Shown here in pieces: positions 12,763 to 24,100 of a stretch of 64,000 nt of DNA; the first letter of the stretch is position 1; the number at the start of each line of letters is the position of its first letter. This stretch comes from Macrostomum lignano. Lineage: Eukaryota. Under the pieces are notes generated by a model. It did not search any database and had not been told where the DNA came from. It worked only from the letters and a program-made list of their open reading frames with translations. Position numbers and translations under genes: made by a program. The stretch is from NCBI GenBank assembly GCA_002269645.1, contig NIVC01001938.1:156232-220231 (forward strand). Direction: 5' to 3'.

Positions 12763-13352
12763 ATAGTATTGACTATTAGTTATTCATAAGCTAAGCCTAT
12801 CCAAAACTAGATACTCATAGTTTGGCAAATAAGATATAAACTCATAGAAATTAAGATAAAACTAAGACTATAGAGGAAGTGATAAGGGAGAGCTTTTATT
12901 TCTATACCTTACTTTCTTTAGCCTTGCCTTGACTTCAAAGCAGTAAGAAATATGTTTGCCTTGTGACCACATTGGACTGTGGCTATGGTCACCTTGACCT
13001 TAGTCTATCACTTCTAGGCCTAAAGTCTAACTGATGTCTCAATCTCAATTTTTTAATTGTGAGAATGCCTTTTTGAGAAATTCTCAAAATTTATAAAATA
13101 GGCTTGGAATTCAAGAAGTTGAGCAAAAATTCATTTAATATAGAAAGTATAAAAATATTGTAAAAATGCAATGCCATATTGAGAATATCCTCAGCCTAAT
13201 TGACAGCAATTAACTGACAGCAAATGAGTCAATGTATATAAACTAAAGTATAGCCTGCAGGCCCTTGGCAGTGACACCTTTGAGCTCTAGGCAAAAGGCT
13301 CTAGCTTTGCATATGCTTGAATTAAATGCAGCCTTGAAATAGTTGTTGTTAA

Positions 13353-13998
13353 TAGTGTTCCACCATAGCTGTAGCTATGGCTACAGGATCCTACAGCAAA
13401 TATAGTAAAATAGGTGCCTATGGCAGCTATAGATATGTCTACAGCAGCTAGCTCCTCTTATAGATACAACTACAGAAATATGGTAGTTGCTGTCACTTTC
13501 TGTAGATTCCCATATCCATAGTTATTAATTTAAAAAAATTGAAAAAAATATTAGAAACAGGTAGAGTAAAACAAAGATACTTTAGTAAACTGTATTATTA
13601 ACTTAGAAACTTATAGAATATACCTAATAAAGTACAATAAAAAACACTAGCAAACTCTAATTTTTTTTAATGTGAAAAAGTTTAGCATTAGTACTTTCAG
13701 TAATGATTAAGTATTTTTGTTCTATAAAAAGACAAAATATAATCTTACAAAGGCAATCAAGTGTTTCTTTTATTTCCTAACTTAATTTGCAGATGTTTAA
13801 GCACCAGGTTATCTCCTTGATTTAAAATATTTTGTTTTCTAGACTTTTTGTTAAAACCATGGCTACGGCTACAGGAACTACAGGAGTTTGGTAATATCGG
13901 GGTCCCTACGGCTATGGAATACAGAGAATTGGAATAACCCATAGTTTTGCTTACGGCTACAGCTATGGTACATGGACCCGCCTTATGGTGGAACACTA
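13353..13998. mobile_element. Non-autonomous hAT-like element, ~645 bp
   Basis: 15-bp TIR TAGTGTTCCACCATA (13353) / TATGGTGGAACACTA (ends 13998). The 8-bp flanks GTTGTTAA and ATTATTAG differ only by transitions. Subterminal GCTA(T/C)GG/GCTACAG repeats at both ends. Confidence 0.6.
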
Positions 13999-14789
13999 AT
14001 TATTAGCCACTAGTACATTTTATGCATGCAAAACTGGACCCTACCATTGCCAATGCTAAGCGTCAGGTTGCAGTAGTTTGGGCATAGCCTGAGCAGGTTG
14101 AGTTAGGATAGCAGCTTAGTTAGACAGCTAGCAGCAGACACCATAAAACTCTCTTAGCCAGCTTTCAAGTACTTTTTTCTGACAATGTGGTTGTATATAT
14201 GGTTGACAATGTTGAGATTCCACTAGCACTTGGTGCCTTGCTAGTCTTAGGCTAATGTTTCTTATGGGACCCTGAGCCACCAAGAACTAGGGGCTGCTAC
14301 TGCTAGAGCAACAGAGACTATGGCTGCTGAGTAATAAATAAAATATAATATAAGATGACAAAGACATATACTTATACCATAGGCTAAATTTTATATATAA
14401 CTTATCATAAGTATTAGAAAAATATTCTTTTTTATTATATGCAAAATGAAAGTTCTCAAAAAAACTATTTAAAATTATTGCTTAATCTTGCTTTAAAACA
14501 CAAATCTGATCTTGGATATAGGAAATTTTTAAGATAAGAGTATAATTATAGTTTGTCTGTCTTTCACAATTGAACTTCAATATGGCTATTTAAGATGGTT
14601 ATTTAAATGTCTATTTATTAATATACTAACCTTGCTTAATGCTTTGTTCAATGAAGTGTACTTGTTTTGCCTACTAATAGTAGTGCCTTAAGGACAATGC
14701 TAAGTTGATAATGTCATGACATACGTTTTGACACTAAAAACCCTGTCTATCAAAGTGCTTTATAATCATCAATTTGCATGTAACAAACA

Positions 14790-17700
14790 ATGCAAGCAAC
14801 AGTGGAATCTGAGCAAGCAGGATGCGCTACCTCTTCCGGGTCTGATGAGCAGGATTGTCAAGACGACTATGATGACGACTTTGACGATATTGACGATGCA
14901 GAGCTGGCTAGGATTAGCGGACTGGCTGACTCATTAGATCGGCTCTGCGTCAGCACTGCCAGCGGTCAGCAACCGCAGGCTAAGCTGCTCGATCAGCATC
15001 AGCGCCTGGTTGATCTCAGTGATCGATTTGTGAAACCCGATAGGAGAACTCGGGATAAAGCTGATCGGGCGACCACTGATAATTGCTTGGATCAGCGCAG
15101 TTTGCGGGTCATGTTTAAATTGCTGCAACAGGGTGTGCTGACCAATATTGAAGGCTGCATTAGCGCCGGCAAAGAGGCAAATGTTTACTATGCTATTAGT
15201 CCCGAGTATGGCCATCTGGCCATTAAGGTGCGACATAAGTATTTTTGTATTGTCCTGTCTTTGACTACTTTGAGAATAAAAATCGCTTCTTGAGCCACTA
15301 AATTTCTATGAAAATCACAGCTTAGTAAGGCCTACTGGATAACCTATTTTACACTCGCCCCGAAGCGGTCCATGAGTATCGCCCCTAAACTCCAATGAGA
15401 ATCGCCCCTAAACCCCAATGAGAATCGCCCCTAAACCCCAATGAGAATCGCCCCCTAAACCCCAATGAGAATCGCCCCCTAAACTCCAATGAGAATCGCC
15501 CCCTAAACCCCAATGAGAATCGCCCCTAAACGCCCCAAAATCTCATCCGTTCTCACGAATCAACTGCCGCAGGTGTACATGACGTCAGTAATGCCATTCA
15601 AAAATCGCGACAAGTACATGATAGGCGACCGCAGACTTCGTCACGGTGTCGGCAAGCGCTCCTGGAAGAAAGTTAGCAAATGGGCCGAGAAAGAATTTCG
15701 CAATCTGCTTCGAGTTGCTCAAGCCGGCATACCGGCGCCAAAACCGATCAAACTCAAGGGAGTTGTGCTGCTCATGACGCTTATTGGGGAGGATGCTGAC
15801 GCTGCGCCCAAGTTAAAGGATGTAGATAGCGATGATGCTGAGCTGTGGCACAGCCTGTATTGGCAGGTAAGCTCGTGTTATTATAATGAAGGACTCTGAG
15901 TAGATTATTACACTGATAATGAAGGACTCTGAGTAGATTAGCACACTGATAATGAAGGACTCTGAGTAGATTAGCACACTGATAATGAAGGACTCTGACT
16001 AGATTATTACACTGATAATGAAGGACTCTGAGTAGATTATTACACTGATAATGAAGGACTCTGAGTAGATTATTACACTGATAATGAAGGACTCTGAGTA
16101 GATTATTACACTGATAATGAAGGACTCTGAGTAGATTATTACACTGATAATGAAGGACTCTGAGTAGATTATTACACTGATAATAAAGGACTCTGAGTAG
16201 ATTATTACACTGATAATGAAGGACTCTGAGTAGATTATTACACTGATAATGAAGGACTCTGAGTAGATTATTACACTGATAATGAAGGACTCTGAGTAGA
16301 TTATTACACTGATAATGAAGGACTCTGAGTAGATTATTACACTGATAATGAAGGACTCTGAGTAGATTATTACACTGATAATGAAAGACTCTGAGTAGAT
16401 TATTACACTGATAATGAAGGACTCTGAGTAGATTATTACACTGATAATGAAAGACTCTGAGTAGATTATTACACTAATAATGAAGGACTCTGAGTAGATT
16501 ATTACACTGATAATGAAGGACTCTGAGTAGATTATTACACTGATAATGAAGGACTCTGAGTAGATTATTACACTGATAATGAAGGACTCTGAGTAGATTA
16601 TTACACTGATAATGAAGGACTCTGAGTAGATTATTACACTGATAATGAAGGACTCTGAGTAGATTATTACACTGATAATGAAGGACTCTGAGTAGATTAT
16701 TACACTGATAATGAAGGACTCTGAGTAGATTATTACACTGATAATGAAGGACTCTGAGTAGATTATTACACTGATAATGAAGGACTCTGAGTAGATTATT
16801 ACACTGATAATGAAGGACTCTGAGTAGATTATTACACTGATAATGAAGGACTCTGAGTAGATTATTACACTGATAATGAAGGACTCTGAGTAGATTATTA
16901 CACTGATAATGAAGGACTCTGAGAACACTGATAATGGATATTCAGCTCATAAATTAGTTCAAGCCTGTTCAGTGATCCATTTAAACTCCTCAATCCCATT
17001 GCCAGGTTGTGGGCAATCTGCGAACCCTTTACCAGCAGTGTCGCCTGGTACACGGAGACCTCAGCGAATACAATTTGTTATACAACGCTGGCCAAGTAAT
17101 CTGGATTGATTTCTCCCAATCCGTTGAGCACGAGCATCCGCAGACTTTTGCATTCCTTAGAGCGGATTGTCGCAATGTGAACGCATTTTTTAGTCGGAAA
17201 CCGGTTCGAATTCTGTCCGATCAGGAACTATTCGAGTTTATCACCGATCCGACTATCACTGTGGAGAATTGTGAACGGTGCCTGGCAGCTCTGCAAGATG
17301 TTGCCAATGGGCGGGAACAGCCTCCTGATGTGGATGGGGCGTTTCAGGTGCGGACTGTGCTGTGGAATATTTAATTATTTTCCATTGTCTATGAGTGAGA
17401 TTCTACCCACCTTCCATTGTGTATGGGTGATATGCTACCCACCTTCCATTGTCTATGGGTGAGATGCTACCCACCTTCCATTGTCTGTATGTGATATGCT
17501 ACCCACCTTCCATTGTCTATGGGTGATATTCTACCCACCTTCCATTGTCTATGGGTGATATTCTACCCACCTTCCATTGTCTATGGGTGATATGCTACCC
17601 ACCTTCCATTGTCTATGGGTGATATGCTACCCACTTTCCATTGTCTGTATGTGATATGCTACCCATCCTCCATTGTCTATGGGTGATATGCTACCCATCC

Positions 17701-19243
17701 GCCATTGTCTATGGGCGAGATGCTACCCACCTTCCATTGTCTATGGGTGATATGCTACCCACCTTCCATTGTCTGTATGTGATATGCTACCCACCTTCCA
17801 TTGTCTGTATGTGATATGCTACCCACCTTCCATTGTCTATGGGTGATATTCTACCCACCTTCCATTGTCTATGGGTGATATTCTACCCACCTTCCATTGT
17901 CTATGGGTGATATGCTACCCACCTTCCATTGTCTATGGGTGATATGCTACCCACTTTCCATTGTCTGTATGTGATATGCTACCCACCTTCCATTGTCTGT
18001 ATGTGATATGCTACCCACCTTCCATTGTCTGTATGTGATATGCTACCCACCTTCCATTGTCTATATGTGATATGCTACCCACCTTCCATTGTCTGTATGT
18101 GATATGCTACCCACCTTCCATTGTCTGTATGTGATATGCTACCCACCTTCCATTGTCTGTATGTGATATGTGATATCTATGTCTGTATTGTCTATAGGTG
18201 AAATGCTACCCACCTTCCATTGTCTATGGGTGAGATGCTACCCACCTTCCATTGTCTATGGGTGAGATGCTACCCACCTTCCATTGTCTATGGGTGAGAT
18301 GCTACTCACCTTCCATTGTCTATGGGTGAGATGCTACCCACCTTCCATTGTCTATGGGTGAGATGCTACCCACCTTCCATTGTCTATGGGTGATATGCTA
18401 CCCACCTTCCATTGTCTATGGGTGAGATGCTACCCACCTTCCATTGTCTGTATGTGATATGTGATATCTATGTCTGTATTGTCTATAGGTGAGATGCTAC
18501 CCACCTTCCATTGTCTATGGGTGAGTTGCTACCCACCTTCCATTGTCTATGGGTGAGATGCTACCCACCTTCCATTGTCTATGGGTGAGATGCTACCCAC
18601 CTTCCATTGTCTATGGGTGAGATGCTACCCACCTTCCATTGTCTATGGGTGAGATGCTACCCACCTTCCATTGTCTATGGGTGAGATGCTACCCATCTTT
18701 TGGCAGGTTATTCACAATAAACACAAATTTACTGATTCAACCGCCAGTCTGCATCATCTTCCCAATCTCCAGGGAGTGCACATACCCCGCCGCCTCGAAG
18801 AGGTGCTGCACTACGAGCGAAACGCACTGCTATTGCGCCAGGGCAAGCTGACCCAGCACGACCTGCTATTCGCCACCGTATCCGGTATGAGTCACGATTT
18901 AAAAGGACCGAAACGCACGGCTGGCTTACTGAGCGACTCGGGCGATGGCGATGCTAATGATGAGTCAGTGGTTCGGTCTGAGAACAATCCGCCAGCTGAT
19001 GATGAAGCTGAACATGCGACAGCGTCGGAGTCTGGATCGTCTGTCACATCATCGGCCGATGAAGCTGAGGAGGACGATGGCGTGAATCGACCGTCCGGTC
19101 AGCAGCAGAAGCGGCCGCCCAATGAGACCACCGAGGAGAGGAAAGCTCGCAAGCAGGCGTTGAAAGCTGAGAGGCGCGAGAAGCAGAAGACCAAAGTGCC
19201 GAAGCACGAGAAGAAAAGGCAGACTAAGGCTAAGAAAAAATAG
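14790..19243 (+). CDS. RIOK1: Serine/threonine-protein kinase RIO1; join(14790..15227,15573..15866,17006..17347,18773..19243), ~514 aa
   Basis: RDKADRATTD, CISAGKEANVY, FKNRDKY, WAEKEFRNLLR, LVHGDLSEYNLL, IDFSQSVEHEHP, IPRRLEEV and a basic C-terminal tail (RKARKQALKAERREKQKTKVPKHEKKR). All three GT-AG introns are phase 0. An in-frame alternative acceptor exists at 18706. Confidence 0.95.
15372..15532. repeat. 23/24-bp minisatellite, RIOK1 intron 1
   Basis: Unit GAGAATCGCCCC(C)TAAACCCCAAT, ~7 copies. Confidence 0.95.
15883..16935. repeat. 33-bp minisatellite, RIOK1 intron 2
   Basis: Unit ATAATGAAGGACTCTGAGTAGATTATTACACTG, ~32 nearly identical copies. Confidence 0.98.
17380..18696. repeat. 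32-bp minisatellite, RIOK1 intron 3
   Basis: Unit GCTACCCACCTTCCATTGTCT(A/G)T(G/A)(G/T)GTGA(G/T)AT, ~40 copies. Confidence 0.98.
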
Positions 19244-19311
19244 GGCTAACAATGTTCTTTTGGGGGCTTGTTGGTTTCTTACATTAACGTAAGCTGTGCG
19301 ACTTAGTCAAT

Positions 19312-19960
19312 TCCTCAGTTGCTGGGCCACGGCCAGCCTCCCAGATCCTCAGTTGCTGGGCCACGGCCAGCCTCCCAGATCCTCAGTTGCTGGGCCAGCC
19401 TCCCAGGTCCTCAGTTGCTGGGCCAGCCTCCCAAATCCTCAGTTGCTGAGCCATCCTCCCACTCCCAGAGTGTCAGTTGCTGGGCCAACCTCCCAGAGTG
19501 TCAGTTGCTGGGACAGCCTCCCAGATCCTCAGTTGCTGGGACAGCCTCCCAGATCCTCAGTTGCTGGGCCAGCCTCCCAGATCCCCAGTTGCTGTCCCGG
19601 CTTCCCAGATCCCCAGTTGCTGTCCCAGCCTCCCAAATCCCCAGTTGCTGGGCCAGCCTCCCAGATCCCTAGTTCTGTCCCGGCTTCCCTGATCCCCAGT
19701 TGCTGGGCCAGTCTCCCAGATCCCTAGTTGCTGTCCCGGCTTCCCTGATCCCCAGTTGCTGGGCCAGTCTCCCAGATCCTCAGTTTCTAGGCCAGTCTCC
19801 CAGATCCTCAGTTTCTGGGCCAGTCTCCCAGATCCTCAGTTGCTGGGACAGCCTCCCAGATCCCTAGTTGCTGTCCCGGCTTCCCTGATCCCCAGTTGCT
19901 GGGGCATCCTCCCAGATCCCTAGTTGCTGTCCCGGCTTCCCTGATCCCCAGTTGCTGACT
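19312..19960. repeat. 28-bp minisatellite just 3' of the RIOK1 stop
   Basis: Unit CCTCCCAGATCCTCAGTTGCTGGGCCAG with variants; same family as 48085-48717. Confidence 0.95.
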
Positions 19961-20369
19961 ACAGTACAGCTCATTTCCCAGGTAGCGAAGCACCGTTACT
20001 AGCTGGATAAATAGATTCGCTTTGAGAGTAGAATATAGATTTAAGCGACGTAACTGGAAATGTGTCTACCTTCCTGTGTATATAGGAATCTATAACATTT
20101 TTCGCATATTATTGATAACCTGCATTGAGTACCGCTCATTGTAACTAGCCAGTCGTTGTATTTCTATTCGTCTGTCTTCTTAGATCTGTTTGGCTAAAAT
20201 ATACGCTGGTTTGTTTGTTGCTCGTTGAGTCATTAGCAGCCTGTATTGTTAGTTTAGAGTGATAAATTCTTGACCTACGAGTTTGAGTCTCCTTTTTGAA
20301 TTTTACTCTGCTTTAGTTTATTCTCTTGTACTTTAAAAGCGTGTTTTATAGTCGAAGTTCCCACCCAAT

Positions 20370-21002
20370 CCTGTCACTACCCTTTTCCCATCCCAGTCCT
20401 GTCACAGTGTACCTTTTTCTCACCCCAATCCTGTCACAGTACCCATTTCCCATCCAATCTTGTCACAGTAGCCATTTCCCACCCCATCCTCTATCCCAGT
20501 ACCCATTTCCCACCCATCCTCTATCCCAGTACCCATTTCCCACCCATCCTCTATCCCAGTACCCATTTCCCACCCATCCTCTATCCCAGTAGCCATTTCC
20601 CACCCCATTCTCTATCCCAGTACCCGTTTCCCACCCAATTCTCTATCCCAGTACCCATTTCCCACCCCATCCTCTATCCCAGTACCCATTTCCCACCCCA
20701 TTCTCTATCCCAGTACCCGTTTCCCACCCAATTCTCTATCCCAGTACCCAAATCCCACCCCATCCTCTATCCCAGTACCCATTTCCCACCCCATCCTCTA
20801 TCCCAGTACCCAAATCCCACCCCATCCTCTATCTCAGTACCCATTTCCCACCCCATCCTCTATCCCAGTACCCAAATCCCACCCCATCCTCTATCCAGTA
20901 CCCATTTCCCACCCATCCTCTATCCCAGTACCCATTTCCCACCCAATTCTCTATCCCAGTACCCATTTACCACCCCAATCGTCTGTCAGAGTACCTATTT
21001 CC
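20370..21002. repeat. 30/31-bp C-rich minisatellite upstream of ASCC3
   Basis: Unit CCCACCC(C)ATCCTCTATCCCAGTACCCATTT, with degenerate copies at both edges. Confidence 0.95.
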
Positions 21003-21106
21003 TACAAATCTATGTCTCTAGCCCAACATTTTTTTTCGTTTTCTCTTAACAAATGGGTTTCGAGAAACTCAGGCTTTACAATCACAATTTGATGCTAATT
21101 AGCAGC

Positions 21107-24100
21107 ATGCCTCATCCTAGTCCGTCAGCATCCGTTCTGCCTCGCTTCACAACAGCATTGCGCGTGTTTTCTAACGCTGATGAACAACAAGCAGACGATC
21201 GCGCATTGCCAGTCAGTCCCGCAGTACTGGCCAATGACGATCTTGATGCTAAACGTCGTTGGCGTTTTGAACGCGCTCAACAGAACGCACTCGATTGGCC
21301 TAAACTTTTAACTAGATTAAAGTCTCGAACTAGTTCAACAGGCAATTTAAACAAAATAGCGGACGATGCTGATGCATTGTTGAGATCCGCTGTTGGCACC
21401 GACTCGCCAGACTGGCGCGTTAGTTGCGCGCAATTCTTTATGAGCGCTTGCCGTCCATTAGAAGCCACGCTGAGAATGCGAGACCAGCTCAAACGGAACA
21501 CCGGATGCTCAGACACGGCACTGATTGATCGAACTATAGCAGCCTGTCGCAGATTAGCAGAAGCTGTTGGTCCAGATTGGAACGAAGCGATAGATTCTGT
21601 TGATGTTAAAAATGGAGACGTTGATAAATCGGACTCAACTGAGACTATGTTTGGTCAGACTGTTAAGTTCAACGATGCTCTAACAGATTTCGATGCAAAG
21701 AATTCTGCCGACGTTGAAGAGTACAACGAGAACTTTTTTGCCGCCCCAGACGAGGGCGACAATGTGCCGTCTTATATACAGAATTTTTCGCTTGCTTATA
21801 AACCACAGCAATCTAAGCAGCAGACTACTGAGTTGAGTAGGCAGTCTGTTCAGTATAATCTAAATTGGCTAGCTGCACTGACAGGCGCGGAGCTTGCTGA
21901 ACCAACAGCTGCCGTGCTTGAATCAGCCGGCAGCGATGACTCTATTCAAAATGAACTATTAGAGCTGCTCGGATTCGAACGGATCGAAGTGATTGCCGAG
22001 ATACTGGAAAGTCGGACTAAATTTCTGCAGCAGCGAAATCTTGCCGATGAGAAACTTGACGACAAGGTGAGAATGAGAACAAGATTGAGTATCCTATATT
22101 AAGCTGCGATGATGCGGAAGTTGAGCCATAACTTAGTCCGATATAATAGAAGCGAATTATCATAGCGGCAGTTTCGCCATTTTTTCAGGCCGGTGCAATG
22201 AGGTTAAAATCAACTTTACCATTTTCCGTTGGTGTATAAAATGGGATTTTAGATTATTGAGATCCCCTCAGCTTGCTATAGAATATTTTCCTCAATTCAT
22301 TTACGATACTACATCTACTTACTAAATGATAGATTGCGCACGATTGCAATCGCAAAGTGGAAAACAGTAGGTCACTGTCTGCAATTTCTAGACATATGGA
22401 AATTTAATCATCAGGACGATATCAAATGCAAAACATCTAGCAGGTTGCCTGAAGCACCTTTTTGAGTTGCTATCGATATAGCTTTACATCAGTCGTCTTT
22501 AATTAAAGATGTTATACGATTTACCTAACGAATGGCGTCCTATACGCCTAAAAATATACGTTGGGACCCGCATTTTTGCTTTGAAAGATTCAAAGATTCA
22601 AGATAAGTGGTGTATGTGTATTGCAAATTTGGGTGCAGCAGAAAAGGTTGTTATGCCCGTTAAAGGCGTTACCGTGAAAAAAAATCGCTAAAGAGTCTTT
22701 GCAAGCAACTTACTAGTTGACTCTAGAGACTGGAGCGACTCTTGCGACTTTTTTAACGACTAAAACGACTGCAATGCGACAGAGAGGCGACTGTTGAGTC
22801 CCATGAGCGCATTACGTGAGTTGCAGAATTAGTCAGAGTCGCGAAAATAGACGTTGTAGCGCTTGACCTTCTACTAACTCAGTAGACTAAATGCAAAATG
22901 CGATTCTAATTCATTAAGTGACGCAACCCCGTGATTCTACAGCGACTCTAACACGCATCAGATATGACTCTACGACTTCAGAGTCATTATACTTCAGTAG
23001 AAGCGCCACAGGGTCACTTGCGTCGCCCCAGAGTCCTTTCAGAGATAAAGATAATAGAACGCCTCGAATTGACATAGGCGACTCTTTGACGACTTTTTGG
23101 CGACTTGTACCATGACATCTCGTCGTTCTCAAGTCGTCTAGAGTCACTTCTTTCCTATTTACAAGTAACCTGTGCTACCTGCAACGACTCAGGCGACGCA
23201 AGGGATTCTGGGACGCTTCTCGGCCTAGGTACAGTTTTCATCGGGTAGCTATTGTACTTCTATTATAAAATAACATAATATGCATCATACTACGCAGCTT
23301 GGCTAATCAAACTGATATAAACAGGTGACAATTCTAAAAAAAGTAAAAGGCGATAAATTCTACATAAAAAAATTATGCTGGATAGTTTTTTTCTGAACGA
23401 AACATGATTTTTAATCTCATGGAATGCTTCTTAATTAGAGTAGAAAAAGCACTAATTGATCTCTTTCGTGAGAGAAAGCTTTAAAGAAAATAATGGGATA
23501 TCAGTTAAGCAACGGGGTGGAGCCAAAACAGTGGGGAGTCCAAGAAAAGACACGATTTCTGGTCTTACTATTGACAGAAAGCATACATGCGCAACAGTCG
23601 GCCGATCCGGCCGACCGTTTTGGCGGCCAACCAAGGTAAGTCGCAAAAATGCCCAGCCCAAAAACAGACGTAGTACTAATTATATGACGAGGCATTAAGC
23701 CCTTATAAGACACACATAGTTACTCCTGCCGTCTACCCAAAATTGCGTAAATTTTGCTTTAGGGTTTCATTTACATGTAAGTCGCATTTTGGCCAAAAAC
23801 TACGTCGCATTTCTGTTAAAACTAAGTCGCACGGCCGACAAAATTTTGGAGGTTGCGCATGTATGACAGAAAGCGTGCACAAAAATTGATCGCATCCCCA
23901 GAGAGATCCGACAGCCGCCGAGGACCAGTTGATTGACAGTTTAATATCCAGCCAGCAGGCTCACGCGCGCAGCTACGCGGAGGGCCCCAAAATGCCTACG
24001 GGTCCCGGTCGCTTGGCTGGCACCAATGCTCGCTATCCGTTTGTATTCGACGAACTTGCTGACGCTCTGCGTCGATCCGCTTATATTGCTGGCGCTTCCG

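Noticed and set aside
15999-16928. 309-aa minus-strand ORF (YSESFIISVII)n
   Set aside because: Translation of a 33-bp intronic minisatellite; open only because the unit is a multiple of 3 and lacks a stop in that frame.
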